A stretch of DNA of 64,000 bases, taken from NCBI RefSeq assembly GCF_009914755.1, contig NC_060929.1; one strand, written 5' to 3'. The stretch is from the human T2T-CHM13v2.0 reference genome, Homo sapiens. Within the stretch, counting starts at the first letter, position 1. Every line of letters starts with the position of its first letter. The notes below the pieces were generated by a model. That model was not told the DNA's origin, searched no databases, and saw only the letters and a list, made by a program, of their open reading frames with translations. Positions 16,289-30,296 of this stretch are shown here, in pieces. Both the position numbers and the translations under genes were made by a program.

Positions 16289-16976
16289 AGATGCTGTATT
16301 TCTTCTGGTAAACCTGGATTACTTTGCCAGTTTGCTGACCTTTATAGTGTCCTTGCACAATCTGAACTTCATCATCCTATTTGGGGGGCATGGATCAAGC
16401 ATTGTACTTTTGTCTCAGCTCTTTGGAAAGAGGGAAGACATAATCTTGTGAATTTGGAAAGGTGCATTTGAAATGCTTTTTTATGGTTCTTGCTTTGGTC
16501 AGAAGTCACAAAAGAACTGAACTTTATTTTGACCACTGCTGCTTATATAATGGTTGCAAAAGGGAGAAGGGACCTGGGTCACCTTTAGAACTCTCCCAGG
16601 GAAGACCATGTTCCCTTTCATTGCTATAACTCATTCAGGAGGTGCACTTAGAACACATGAGGGCTGCAGGTATCAAAGACAAACTTTTAAATTTATCCTT
16701 ATTGCCATTGACTTGCACCCATTCTGTGAAACTAGGCTTCAGGAGCCAAAGGCAGCTTGCTGAGTAGGACTGGGGCTGGTGGTGTGAAGTGAGGATTAGG
16801 GGCACAGTGGCCTACTTGGCAGGGGTGAATGTGTTTACCAGCCCCTAGGTACCTGCAGAGAGAGGGCTGAAAGTGAACCCTACCTGTTGTTTTCAGTCTT
16901 CCCAAGTCTACCTCTGTTGACTGGACAAATAGCAGCTTGAGTAAGTGCCCAGGAACACCAGCAAAAAACAAGGGGA

Positions 16977-17180
16977 CAAATGAGATGTGGCTGGAAAGGG
17001 GGATGCCCTTTCACCCTTCATGCAATGCATATTTGAGGGGAATCTGGTGCTAAATCATTAGATAACCTGCTTCTGGGTTAGGGTTTTGTATGTAGCAGAG
17101 CAGCTCCCTCACTGCAGTCTATGGAAAGTCAGCCCTGGACACAGGTTTGTATTTTTAAATCTTTAAAAAGAAAAGAAAAG
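16977..17180 (+). pseudogene. retroposed 3'-terminal fragment of 28S rRNA (SINE28-like)
   Basis: cctgcttctgggttagggttttgtatgtagcagagcagctccctc...gaaagtcagccctggacacaggtttgt matches the 28S 3' end; A-rich tail; perfect 14-bp TSD aaaaaacaagggga (16963-16976, 17181-17194). Confidence 0.9.
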
Positions 17181-17649
17181 AAAAAACAAGGGGAAAAACC
17201 CCACCAGTTCTGTCTAGCTGGGGTCTGGCCTTGCCTTTGTCTTCTTAGTTTGGGGCCTCCCTGCATTTAGCAATTGCTTTCTTTTTATGTGTGTTGTGTG
17301 ACCAGTTAGTATCACCAGATTCATCTTAGATTGAAAAAAAAAATCCCCAGATGGAAGTAATTGCATTCATAAGCCCTTGTATTTATAGAATGCCTTTTCC
17401 AGAACACTCAATGCACAGCATTCTATGGCATAACCTACTTTGGTCCTGGACTATCTCTGTGTGTTTGGTAAGGGTCAGCTTCTATAATTATTATTGTTGT
17501 TCAACAGTTGGAGGATGGAGAAGCGTTGTGGGTTGAAAAGGTCACATGGCATTAGTAGTAGAATCAGGAATAGGATACTCACCTTCCATTCCTGTCTCTG
17601 TCTTGAGTTCCAAACTGAGGTACGAAGGCTAATGTTGAGAGGGCTGAAT

Positions 17650-17810
17650 AAGAACCACTTGTGGTGCAGATTAAAATTAGAGATTCCTGGACCCCAATTC
17701 TCTAGAGATTCCCCACTCAGTAGGTCTTGAGTGGGGCCCAGGAACCTGTATTCTTTACAAGCATTTCCAATAATTCTGATTCACAGCCAGATTTAGGAAC
17801 CAATGCTATA
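17650..17810. mobile_element. MER5-type hAT MITE
   Basis: gattcctgg..tcagtaggtc..ggggcccaggaacctg..aggaaccaatg; similar copies near 15410-15635, 18450-18615, 42520-42690 and 62938-63082. Confidence 0.65.
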
Positions 17811-17920
17811 GACCATACGACAACTGCACTGCCCACTTTATCCCCTCCCAGGAATGTTTTTGACTGAAGCATGCCTTTTTAATGTCTGTCTTCTTGCTCC
17901 TCACCCTCTAACTCCCCCAG

Positions 17921-18077
17921 GCCTCCCAGTTCAGGCCAAGAAACATGCTACATCAGCCAAGAATACACTGTTGACCTGGAAGGCAAATACGACCTCAAAT
18001 AAGGAGAAAGAGGAAATCCTGGAAGCTCTGGTCAAGCTGTACTACACTCTGGGCGTGGCCTGGCTCCTGCAGAACCG
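17921..18077 (+). CDS. TTC23L: TTC23L coding exon ending at a U12 AT donor
   Basis: cccccag| acceptor; (G)[20 protein letters not shown]...LGVAWLLQN(R); 157 nt; followed by ATATCCTTCC. Confidence 0.93.
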
Positions 18078-19459
18078 ATATCCTTCCATTCCTAGCTGCG
18101 TTTAGTGTTCGGGGCCACAGGCCACACATGCCAGATGGGTCATCTCATACAGGAGGGTGGGAGATGGAACCAAGGCCTTGTAGATCTGTTCCAACATCAA
18201 GGCCCTCCATGAGCCTCTCCTCTCCATCTAGAAGGGTGTGTATTCTCTTCCTATGTCTATTCATATAAGCTCTGAGTTGAGCCACGGAAGAGATTTCACT
18301 AGTCACATATTACCTAGCCAGCTGAAGGTTTTCTGAGTCTGTTCTGCTCTTCATTGAGCACCCAAGAAAATCAGTGTTAGCAATGAGGATGAGGGTGGTG
18401 GTGGTGGTGGTGGTGTAGTGATGGAGAGAATGGGTGATAATTTAAAGCACAATTTGGCAAACTAGGCTGCACATTGTAATCCCCTGGGGAGCTTTAAGAA
18501 TTTCTGCTGTCTGTTCCTGCCCCAAAGATTTTGACTGAGAGGCTCTGAGGTACATCTGTTCATTGAAATTTTTAAAAGCCCTCCAGAGATTGTAATTTGC
18601 AGCCCAAAACCACTGATTTAACTGATTCTCGATCATTTTAGTTTTTTGAAATGCTCTTGTGGATACTGCCCATGAGGCTGGAGGCCAAGCAAAATAGACA
18701 AAACAAGTAGTTCTATAAATCCCCAGAGGGGTACTGTTATATGTGCCTTTCCTCAGAACTGGGGATTCTGACAGCCTGTTGTACCATCTCCACTGGAAAG
18801 ATGTTAAGGGCATTTGATGTTCACGCATCATCATGAGCACTCTTTGAGCCTATGTGTCCCCAGTCTCCTCTCTACACATCCCCCTCTCTACTTTTTTGGT
18901 CCTAATGTTCAACTTGCAAAATCTGATATGTGGCCTTCCTCTGTTATACCCTTAGCAGGGGGCTATTGAAAATGTGGGAAATAGAAGAATGTTTGGGAAT
19001 TAAGGGGATTTTTGCTTTTCTGCTGTTTGCCTTTGGCCCAAAACCTGCTTTGCTTGGACTTTCTAAATGACCCAGAAAGTTCCTTTCAGCGTAATTAGTT
19101 CCTCTCTTTTACCATTCACAGGAACAGGCTTGGGAAAAATGAATAACTATTGTCATGCAGTAGATGCCTCTAAAGGAAATCGAGTGTAATTTACAGTTTC
19201 CGCTCACTCCTGCAAACACTGCCTACCTACTCTAGTCTTGGATTCAGGCAACCACCACAGGAAACCCAAGCCCCTGTTCCTTTTCTAAAGAATTCTTGCT
19301 TCTTGACAACATAATACATGGAAAATAAAGAACATAGTTAAGTACCCATTTTTAATATTGCTTCACTTTTCCAAGAGCCCCTTTTGTTTCCTTATCACCT
19401 GCTGTCCCTGTGCAGTGGATGTTAGTTTGAGTGCTTGCCATTTTCCTTGACTATTTCAC
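18078..19459 (+). other. TTC23L: U12-type (minor spliceosome) AT-AC intron
   Basis: 5' ss ATATCCTTCC; branch site TTTTCCTTGAC (19441-19451); 3' end tatttcAC; splicing restores the frame (CG+T=Arg). Confidence 0.92.
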
Positions 19460-19585
19460 TGGCAGAGAAGCCTATTTCAACCTGCAGAAGGCAGAGAGAA
19501 ACATGAAGGAGCTGAAAGAATTATATAAAGGAGGTGTTTGTGAATTACAAGTCTCTGAGAACGACCTAACACTTGCTTTGGGCAG
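19460..19585 (+). CDS. TTC23L: TTC23L coding exon
   Basis: Follows the AC acceptor; [41 protein letters not shown]; AG|gtaaga donor; 126 nt. Confidence 0.92.
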
Positions 19586-20744
19586 GTAAGATCTGGGCTT
19601 GGAGAAGCTGAGGCTTTTATGAATGAGGCTTGGAATTACATGATATAAGGGAGAAAAATATTTAGAGCAAAAAAACCCAGAAACTCAAATGATAATAAAA
19701 GAGGCTCATATTTACCAAATGGATACACTGGGCATTTTGTGTACTGCCCCATTTAATCCTCACAACAGCCATTGAGGTAGTTGGTATGATTATTATTTTA
19801 TTAAAGGGGGGTGGTCAAGGAGACTGAAGCTGAGGTTAAACAAATTGTCCAAGATAACATAGCTTGTAAATATTGGATCTGTGATCTGAACTCACTAACT
19901 CTTAGTCTTCCTTATACTTGCCTCTCACACTCACTCTAATATTGTATTTTTCTCTGAATTGCCACCTATTTTTGTCATGACATGTGACATTTTAGATGAA
20001 GGAACACTTAATGAAGACAATTAACTGGAAGCTGTGAAAGCCATGCACAGCATGTACATTTTTAAGGAAAGTTCTGTTCCATATGAAAACAAAGTTCATG
20101 GAATTGGTTTAAGCCAGAACAAGATTTAACTGTCTTGCTGTTGACTTAGGGATCCTCTGAGAATCAGAATATTTAGAAATGAATGTGGGCCCATCAGATT
20201 ATTAGAAGAAAAAGAATAAAGAGTTTACTGTTCCCTAGATTTTTCAAATATCTTTACATCCTTGAAAGCAATCTGTTTCCAAAACTGTAAGCACTTGGCA
20301 CAGTAGGGTATATGACTGAATAGTAAGTAAATGAAATACATGCGTCATGTCTGCGTCCTCTAAACAACCATGAATCTAGAAGTCAGATGGGAAATGGGGA
20401 GATGTTGGAATGTCCAGAACTAAATCAAACTATTGACTTAAGTCCACAGGGCAATAAATTACAGTCTGGTGAATGTCTACTCCTGTCACATAGGGCCTAA
20501 AGTTTTTCTGCCTTATGTGAAAGATAGTCTTATTCTTTTTTCAGAAAAACTCTGGTGCTCATTTTGTTCATCCATTCTCCAGTATTTATTGAATACCTTT
20601 TTTATGCATGTCCTGTTCTAAGTGTTAGAGTGCCTACTAAGTATAACTACATACTAGACACTGTTCTAAGTGCTTTACATAATTTATTTTACTTAGTCCA
20701 CATGACAGCCAATGAGGGTAGGTATTTCTATTATTTTCATTTAG

Positions 20745-20870
20745 ATAGTTTTTCATTCTGCCACTCAGGCTGGAGTGCAGGGTGCAATCAGAACTCACTG
20801 AAACCTTGAACTCCTGGGCTCAGCCTCCTCAGTAGCTGAGACCACAGGCAAGACACCACCACACCTGGCT
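20745..20870 (-). mobile_element. partial Alu
   Basis: caggctggagtgcag..ctcctgggctcagcctcc. Confidence 0.75.
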
Positions 20871-21914
20871 TACACATATATTTTTAATTCAACTTAGGAA
20901 TACAAATATTGGAGTCAGGAGGAAGGAATATTGATTGTATATCTACTATATGTTAGGTGATTTTATACTTAATATTATTCTTCACAACAAACTTGCAGTA
21001 TAAACTCAATTGTTTTATTTAGAAGGAAATGTAGGCTTATAGAGTTTGAGAAAGCTCATAATTACCAGAACCAGCTTTGAACTACCCATGATCTCATTTT
21101 ACCTTGCTGTCTCTGGAAAGATAAACCTCAATGAGATATTGTTTTATCCTCATTTAAAAAAATTATATTCCCAACTTTGTTGTGGAAAATTTTGAAAATA
21201 CAGACAGGTATGAAGAACGAATAAGCCGATTGTGATACCACCACACAGACGTAACTGCTATGAACATTTTGAACAGATATATATGGATATCAATAACTAT
21301 ATCTCTATGTGGATCACAGTCTAAGTGCAGCTTTATATCTTTTTCCTTTTAGCACATTTTTAATATCTTCCCATATCTGTCTAAAAAGAAAACATGACTT
21401 TTAATGTCTCTAAGGTATTTTATTGTATGATATGCTATAATTTATTTAATCACTCTCTTGGGGGAATATTTACATTTTTTTTTCTATCCTCATTTTTAAC
21501 TGAGGAGGAATTCGCCAAATTAAATGGAACAAAACAAAGCAAAAACTTTCTTTGGCCTGAAAGAGAGGGAATCAGAGGTAATAAAATTTTATTTTGATTT
21601 TAGAAAGTCTATGTTTATGGGTGAATTATCCCATCTTGTGAATTCCTGGAAGCCATTTTTCCATTTGCTTTTTAAAAAAAATTAGACAACAGCACGACAT
21701 AGTAATGGGTTTAATGAGTGGTCGTCAATGAAATCTGATGGGTAAAATGCAGGATAATTGGAGTTTATTTACAGCAAGGCTAGATTTTTGAGCCAGCTAC
21801 CAAGATGATGGGCCTGTGAAGGCCAAATTCTTTAATTCTTGGAATCAGTTCCTTTTGTGTCTGCAAAGTAAGTGGCCTCTCTGTGACTTTCTATTTTCAT
21901 CCCTTTTCTTGCAG

Positions 21915-22092
21915 AGCCTCCTTGGCCATCCACAGACTGAACCTAGCTCTGGCATACTTTGAAAAGGCAATTGGCGATGTTATTGCTGCCAAGGGTGATA
22001 GGACGTCAGATCTGATCAGCCTGTACGAGGAAGCTGCTCAGATAGAGCAGCTGAGGAGGAACCACAACCAGGCCATCCAGTACTTGCAGCAG
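21915..22092 (+). CDS. TTC23L: TTC23L coding exon (TPR-like)
   Basis: ttttcttgcag| acceptor; [20 protein letters not shown]...[10 protein letters not shown]; CAG|gtcagt donor; 178 nt. Confidence 0.94.
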
Positions 22093-23927
22093 GTCAGTGG
22101 GTTGGCCAGAGCCCAGGCTGGGTTGCCTTGTTTGGCCCCAGGCTTGGTTCTCAGGGCCAGGGAAGCATGGGCTTCTCAGAAGAACAAGGGCTGGAATTGA
22201 TTCTGTTTTAACCCTGACTTTCCTCCAGATCCACCTAAGAGCCCTTGATCAAACCTTAAATGACCAGGCCAGAGAACACTGACTCAGGTGGGCGAATGTG
22301 CTGTGTCATTGGCTGTGCAGACAGCACTTCCCCCTCCCCCTCTTATCTCTGTTGGTGCTGTAAAAAAGAAGCAAAATGTGAGTCTACTCCAAGGAAAAAA
22401 GATACAGGGACAACCGAACTTAAATCTTCAGCAAAAACAAAAGGCCTTTTTAAATGAAAAATCATGGTATTTTAGGGTAATGCTGTCATTTGTACTTTAA
22501 ACTAGTCTAGCTGATTATATTTCCAAACCTAAGGTTAAACTAACAAAAGGGTGTTTCACTTGGAGGTAACTAACTTGACAAATGCCCGGGGGAAAACAAA
22601 ACAAAACATAGGAAGGAATGGTGAGTCTATTATATTAGGGTACTTTTATGTATCATGTACTTGAAGCTGCTAAATTCACCTTTTCTCTCTCCGAAGGAGA
22701 ATGCTGCCTGTGGCTTCAGGTATCTCCCACAGTGACAAACATCAAAATACTGGATATCCTGTATCATAGAAAAGGTGCAATGCAATCTAACAGTATACAT
22801 GAAAACAGACTCTGAAGAAAAGGCATTGCAAACAATCTGACAGTCCACAATTATAAACATCACACAGTGGAGAGATGTCAGAGAATGCTGCTGTGAAGGC
22901 AGGGAGTCCACTGCTTACAGAGAAAGCCAGTCTGGTTTTTGTGTTCAAGACTTTCTCAAAGCAGTGGTCAGATCAGAATGAATAAAACAATAAATAGCAG
23001 TGTTTCCCAAAAGCACCAAAAGATAAGAGTTAAAATGTATGGAATGCTTTTTCTACGTTCCCTAGAGGATATATCGATTCATTTAATCTGTACAATAGCT
23101 CTATGAAGTAGGTACCATTATTATTTTATCTCATTTTAAGGATGAGAAAACTGACGCACAGAGTTATAGCTAACTCAGCTGACATTGTATAGCTAAGAAA
23201 TAGTAAAGCAGGGATTTGAACTCCACATCTGACCCTACAGCCTGTATTCATAACAACTCTGCTCTGTGTCTTGGCTCCAAAGTCTTCTCTGATAACCCCT
23301 CAGCTCTTTGAAACACCTCACAGTATTTGGCCTATGAAATATTAAGCACAGGTGGTTCTTTTGTGGCTGGTGGGTGTGGACTCAATGTTTTTCTCTTTCT
23401 CTTTTCTAAGTGTTACTCCTTCCATTTTAGCACAAATAATATAAAATCTAACACTTTTTTAGTGCTTACTATATGCTGGGTGGTGTTCTAACCACTTTAC
23501 ATATATTAACCATTAATTTATTTAATATTTACAACAACTTTTTATAACAAATACTATTCTTATTATCCCTGATTTACATTTACAAGACTGCCTTCAAGAC
23601 TGGAGTTCAGTCCAGTGAGACTGAGCTAAGGTTATGACTTTATTTTTGCTATGAAATCTAATAAAAATTATACTAGCCAACATTTATTGAGAACTTACCA
23701 CGTGATGAGTACCGTGCCCTGTGCTTTGCATATACCATCTCACTTAATCCTTCCCAAACCCTAATCAGTGGGAATTATATATTCCTTCTACGAATGAAGG
23801 TGAAATTACTTGCACAAGACTCATAGCTAGGAAGTGGCAGAGCTGGGACTCAAACTCACCTCTCATCTAAATCCACAGTGAACACTGTCATTGGGTGCTT
23901 ACCTTGTCATGATTTTCTTTATTCCAG

Positions 23928-24036
23928 GCTCATTCTGTCTGTGTTTCTTTGTTCACTGAAGTCAGCCCCAAAACTGCAGAAATGAGTGCGTTACTGGCCA
24001 AAGCTTATGCCATGTCTGGAGAGGCCCAGCACAGGG
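23928..24036 (+). CDS. TTC23L: TTC23L coding exon
   Basis: ttctttattccag| acceptor; [36 protein letters not shown]; G|gtaggt donor; 109 nt. Confidence 0.92.
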
Positions 24037-25429
24037 GTAGGTAAAAGAGGTAGCCTTGAAGTTATTTCCCAGTCACATGAGGGAAGCACATTGGCAAACA
24101 GCCTATCTAAGATTCTAATTAGCTATTTATTCCTGTAATGGAAAAATTAGGTGGGTCACAGTCTCATACAAAATCAATTACACATTAATTTAAACCTGAT
24201 AATATACCCCCACATTCGTTGGAATGTCAGTAACAAATAAATCATCTGATTTCTACATCCTCTATTTATTTTGAATCTCAGTGAGATTCACCTTCTTAAC
24301 TAATAGATATCACACATACTGTGAATGTGGCCTGTGCAGTATCGGTTGATAAGGACATCCAGTGATAAATGGGTAGAGCTTTACCTCCTCCACTTTCAGT
24401 CTCCTTGACTCTTTTCCTCTGGCTGACAAGAGAGAATGTTTGTTAGCAGAATTTTCTTGACCCATATTCAATAGTTAGATACTGGGGGTTGCAGAGAAAG
24501 CCAACTGATTAATTTATGCTTCAACAATAGTTCTTTGTCTGGCAAGGTCATCTTTTTGAAAGTGGGTGGCTTTGGGAGAGACACAAATGAACCAATGAGG
24601 GAGGACAATGTATCATTCTGTGCTGGCTTGATCAGATTAATGGACACTGATGGATTCAGTGGCCTGTCAGGAGGAATTTAGGCTTCATGAAGAATATAAT
24701 TTGATCATTTTAAAACTGTCTATTTTCTTTGCTTATAAAAGTAACCTTTTTGTGTATGTTATTTTCCAGTTAGAGAGAGGGACAGAATTATAGAGAAAGC
24801 TTTCCATCCTACTTTTTTCAATGCTTGTATTCCCCATGTCATTAAATAAACATTTTTTTTCAGTTTGCAAAAGTTTTGATCTTTTAATTATTTTTTAAGC
24901 ATAAACATCCATTGAAGACTTCCTGATTCTTTGTTTTTCAGCTAATCCTCTTTCTCCTTTTAAGATTTCCTCGTCTATATTCACAGTATATATTCTCCAT
25001 ACAACTTGAGCTTTTTAAGAGTAGTCTTTGTGGTTACAAGAAATTTAGTCTGTAAATATGTACAAATTTTAGCTTTTTTTTAAGTGAGAAAAAACAAGCG
25101 TTTATGTTTATAGAGTTGAGAGATTTCAAGGCCACCTCATTATTTTCTTATATACTAATTTTTAACTTTAAAAATATAGATTTTTATATTATATCATTCA
25201 CTAAATTCCAGGTGGATTAACATTTTATGCACCAAAACTAAAAAAGTAAATTAATGAGAAGAAAATACAGTACTGGAAAACAAATACTAAAATTAAAAAT
25301 TGGAGGAAAGAATTTTTCTAAGCACACAAAGACATACCATAAAAGAAGAGTTTGATAGATTTCATTACAAAAAGGTCTAAAGTTTCTATCTGTCACAAAG
25401 TACCATAAATAAAAGTGAAAACAGTGTAG

Positions 25430-27000
25430 TCAAGATGAACAGATAACCTGAATAGACCCATAACTATTTCTTTTTAATAAATTTGTAGTTTATCTTTTAA
25501 GAAAGAAATCTCCAGGCCCAGATGATTTCACCGGGGAATTCTGTCTAGCATCTAAAGAAGGAATAGCACCAATTCTACATAATCTGTCTCAGAAAACAGA
25601 AGAGGAGAAAACACTTTCTATGAGGCCAGTATTACCCTGATATCAAAACTGGGCAAAGACATTACAAGAAAAAAGATGACTACAGTTCAAGACCTTTCAT
25701 GTGTGTAGATGAAAAAAGCAACAAAATATATAGCAATATATAAATAACATACCATGATCAAGTGAGATCCAGTGTGTTTAGGGTGGTATGGTCACAGACC
25801 TCCGTGATCAAGTGAAGTTTTTTCTTAAGGATGTCACACTGGTTTAATATTCAAATCTCAGTCAGTTTACCTCTACCATATTAACAGTCCAGTCATGGAA
25901 AGCTCATGATTTTATCAGTTGTTGCAGAAAAAGCATGTGACAATATTCGACATCCATTCATGATGGAAGGAACTTCTTTAATCTGATAAAAGGCATATAC
26001 CAAAAACCCTGCAGCTGATTTCATGCTTAGTGGTGAAAGACTGAGTACCCCTTAAGATCAAGAACAAGGCAAGGATGTTCACTCTCACTGCTCCTATTCA
26101 GCAGAGTACTAGAAGTCCAGCAAATGCAAGAAGGCAAGAAAAATAAAATGGTCCCTATTTGCAGTCAAAATGATTGTCTCTGTAGAAAATGACAAATAAT
26201 CTACAAAAATCCTAGAACTAATATGTTTAAGTGTAGCAAGGTCACAGGATACAAGGTCAATGCACAAAACTTAATTGTAGTTCTATATAGTAGCAATGAA
26301 CAACTGGAAACAAAAATTTAAAAAAAATCACAATAGCCCCATCCCTGCAAATGAAATATTTAGGTATAAATCTATCAAAATATGTACAGTATTTATGTGC
26401 TGAAAACTACAAAACTGATGAAAGAAATTAAATATGACCTAAATAAATACACATACTATGTATGGATTGGAAGACAATATAGTAAAGATATCAGTCTTCC
26501 AAGATTGATCTGCAGATTTAACATAATTATAATCAAAATCCCAACAGAAGCATTTGTAAATATAGACAAGCTGACTAACATTTGTGTGAAAAAGCAAAGA
26601 AATTAGGATAGCTAAAATGGTTTTGGAAAAGCATACAGTTGGAGGAATCATAGTACTTGATTTTAAGATTTACTATAAAGCAGTAATCAAGAGAATGTGG
26701 TATATTGGTGGAGGGACAGATACTAATAACATATCTCTCTATAATCAGACACCAATAATATCTCTAACAGAGATAGAGTTATTGGAACACAATGTAGTAC
26801 AGAAATAGACCTGTATAATTATGGCCAATTAATTTTTGATAAATGTGCAAAAGTAATTCAATATGGAAAGGATAGTCTTTAAAACAAATGATACTGCAAC
26901 AACTGGATACCACATGCCAAAAAAAAATTGGACTCTTACTCATGCCATACACAGACATTAATAATGGACATTGTCCTAACTGTAAGAGCTAAAATTTATA
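25430..27000 (+). mobile_element. old L1 (L1M) ORF2 fragment
   Basis: ccaggcccagatgatttca, tatgaggccagtattaccctgat and gaacaaggcaaggatg ORF2 motifs; many stops. Confidence 0.85.
25764..25799 (-). pseudogene. 5S rRNA 5' fragment (tailless retropseudogene) inside an L1
   Basis: Reverse complement gtctgtgaccataccaccctaaacacactggatctc matches 5S nt 1-36; flanked by ccatgatcaagtga / ccgtgatcaagtga. Confidence 0.8.
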
Positions 27001-27059
27001 TTTACATAGAAAAAAATAGGCTTTAAAAAAGTACCAAGGCCTGGATACAAACTAAATAC

Positions 27060-27320
27060 AGAGGCCAAGGTGAGAAGATCACTTGAAGCCAGGAATTTTA
27101 TACTGGCTTGGGCAACATAGTGAGACCCCATCTCTACCACAAAAAAAAAAAAGAAGAAGAAGAAGCTGGGTGTGGTAGCATGTGCCTATAGTCCTAGCTA
27201 CTCAGGAGGCTGAAATAGGAGGATTGCTTGAGTTAAGGGTTCCAGTCTACAGAGAGCTATAAGCGTGCCACTGCACTCTAGCCTGGGTAACACAGTAAGA
27301 CCCTGTCTCTAAAAATAATA
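27060..27320 (+). mobile_element. Alu (J-like, 5'-truncated)
   Basis: Diverged Alu dimer. Confidence 0.85.
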
Positions 27321-27788
27321 AGACCAAAATTCATGTGGAAAATAAGTTTAAATCATACTAGTAATTACAAAAATAAAAGCAAAGTTACTCTTTTTGTCTA
27401 ACAAATTGTCAAAATTTTAAAAAATGATAACACCAGGATTGATGAGATTTGATAAAAACTCTGGAGAGCAATTTGGCAGGATGTCACACATTTTAAAATG
27501 GTATGTATCTTTAAAAATGCAAGATCAAAATTTCACCCATCCTATGTGAAAATTTTAAAAATTTAAAAATATATAGCAGTTGGCAAATTCATAACTAGTA
27601 GGAGTGAGTGTAAATTGATATTAAATTTGGAGTCTAATTTGATAATATCTAGTAAAATTTAAAAGGAAACATGAATAAAGATGTTCACTGTGTCACTGAT
27701 TATAATTGTAAAAAATAACCCAAATATATATATCAATAAGTAAAAGGAAACTTTGGTGTATTCACTACATGGAATTTTGTAGCTGTTA

Positions 27789-28118
<330 letters not shown>

Positions 28119-29529
28119 CTATATCTGTAGATATCAAGGTTAATTTTTTAAAAGTATTAAGGAAAAACAGTTGCATTTTTAGGACATACAAAATAATACT
28201 ATTGTTTATAGTTACATTTAGGTAAACATTAAACTACAAAGTAAGATTTCATTAAAATGTAAACAGAATATGACTTTGTGAAGAGATCTGTAAATCATAT
28301 CCACACATACATGCAGTCACACAAACTGTATAAAATGGTCATAACTATTTGATAGTGCTGGAAGTAGATAAAAAGAACAAATTGCAAAGCATTTATTTTG
28401 AAAAAACTGCTGGAGCTTTGAGTAAAGAGAAAATCAGTGGCCCTCCTGCCTGGGGCTGCTTCCATCCAGTGCCCCAGGTCGGTCCATGAGAATTGCAATG
28501 TTATCACCACGGGCCGCACAGGAGAACCGGCAGCTTTGCTGGCATTGGAGGCAGACTTAATATGATGAAAGGGATAAAAACACACAGGTTTATCAGATAA
28601 AGGGGGCAAACTCTGGAGGAAATGAAAAGAGGATCGCCTGCATGTTGACACTAGCCTGAAGTTGCTGTTCTGGTTGGTGTGAGTGGCATCAGAAATTTTA
28701 ATGGGGAGACCACAGAAGGGCTAAATGAGCTCTCCCCACATCCCTGGATACCCACAAAACTACATACATGTGTAGGGGATACTTGAAAGCCTAATAAAGA
28801 GTAACAACCAAAGAAGACTTGAAATGTGTGAGAGCTTGGAATGCATTTTTGTCTACATACAGAGCAGTTGACAGGATGGGCGACGTATAGGCTGAAGGTA
28901 TTTAAGCACAACCTCTGCCCAAATCAGTAGGTCAACACTAAGCTATGCAGACACAGGAGTGAACCCCAGAAATCCAGATTAAAAATAATAAGCACTAAAA
29001 TCTGAGCAGAAACTTCTGGTTTCTGGTCTGGTATATAAGGAGTTTGGAAGTCATCACTTTATCCAAACAACAAGTAAAAAGCAAAATGAAATATTAACTC
29101 CTCTTAGATCTGTCACAGAGAACTAAGGTCACATGGCAAACCAGTGCCCCACAAATTGGAGAGACAGCAAAATAAAGAGAATCACAATGTACCAAAGTAG
29201 AAATCTATCTCCACAGGAACCAGTACCACAGACTTGACGTAAAGAAATATTAAAAGAAGTTCTTCAGAGAAAAGGAAAATGATACAGAAATTCATAGGCA
29301 CATAAGGAAAGGAAGCTCACTGGAGAAGAAATGTGATCATAAAATAAAAAACTCATTTTTCCTATTCTTAATCTAACAAATAACAGTTTGTTCAAATTAG
29401 GAGCAGAAGGCAGGGATTAGGATTATTTTGTTATTATAAGGTACTATATAGTGTTATTTGTAAGTGAACTTGGAATGATTGTAAATGTATATTGAAAACT
29501 CCAGGGCAACTACTAAAAAGAGTTTTTTA

Positions 29530-29770
<241 letters not shown>

Positions 29771-30296
29771 TTAAAAAGCAAAACCACAAAAGGTAGGAAA
29801 AGAGTGAAAGACAAAAATATGAACAAAGAAAAAGGACCAACAAATAGAAAAGTAACAATATGGTAAATGTTAATCCAACTATATTAACAATTATTTTAAA
29901 CATCAGTGGTCTAAATAAGCCAATGTAAAGAAAGATTTTCAGAGTGATCAAAAAACAACGCCCAACCATATGTTGTCTACAATAAATCCACTTTAAATAT
30001 AAAGACACATAGATTAAAAGGAAATGGATGGAGACAAATACACTATACTAACATTAATCAAAAGAATGCAAGAGTAGCCGTACTAGTTTCAGCCAGAACA
30101 AACTTAGTGCAAGGAAAGTTATCAGGGACAAAGAGGGGCATTACATATGATAAAGGGGTCAGTTCTCCAATAAGACATACAATCCTTAATGTGTACGTGC
30201 CTAACAAGAGTTTCAAAATATTTGAGGCAAAAACTGATGGAACTGTAAGAAGAAATAGATGAATTCACTATCATAGTTGTACTCTTCAACACCCCT

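Noticed and set aside
16977-17150. functional rRNA gene
   Set aside because: Short CpG-decayed fragment with A tail and TSD; a retrocopy.
18442-18840. 132-aa minus-strand ORF inside the U12 intron
   Set aside because: Overlaps a MER5-like element; no recognisable protein similarity.
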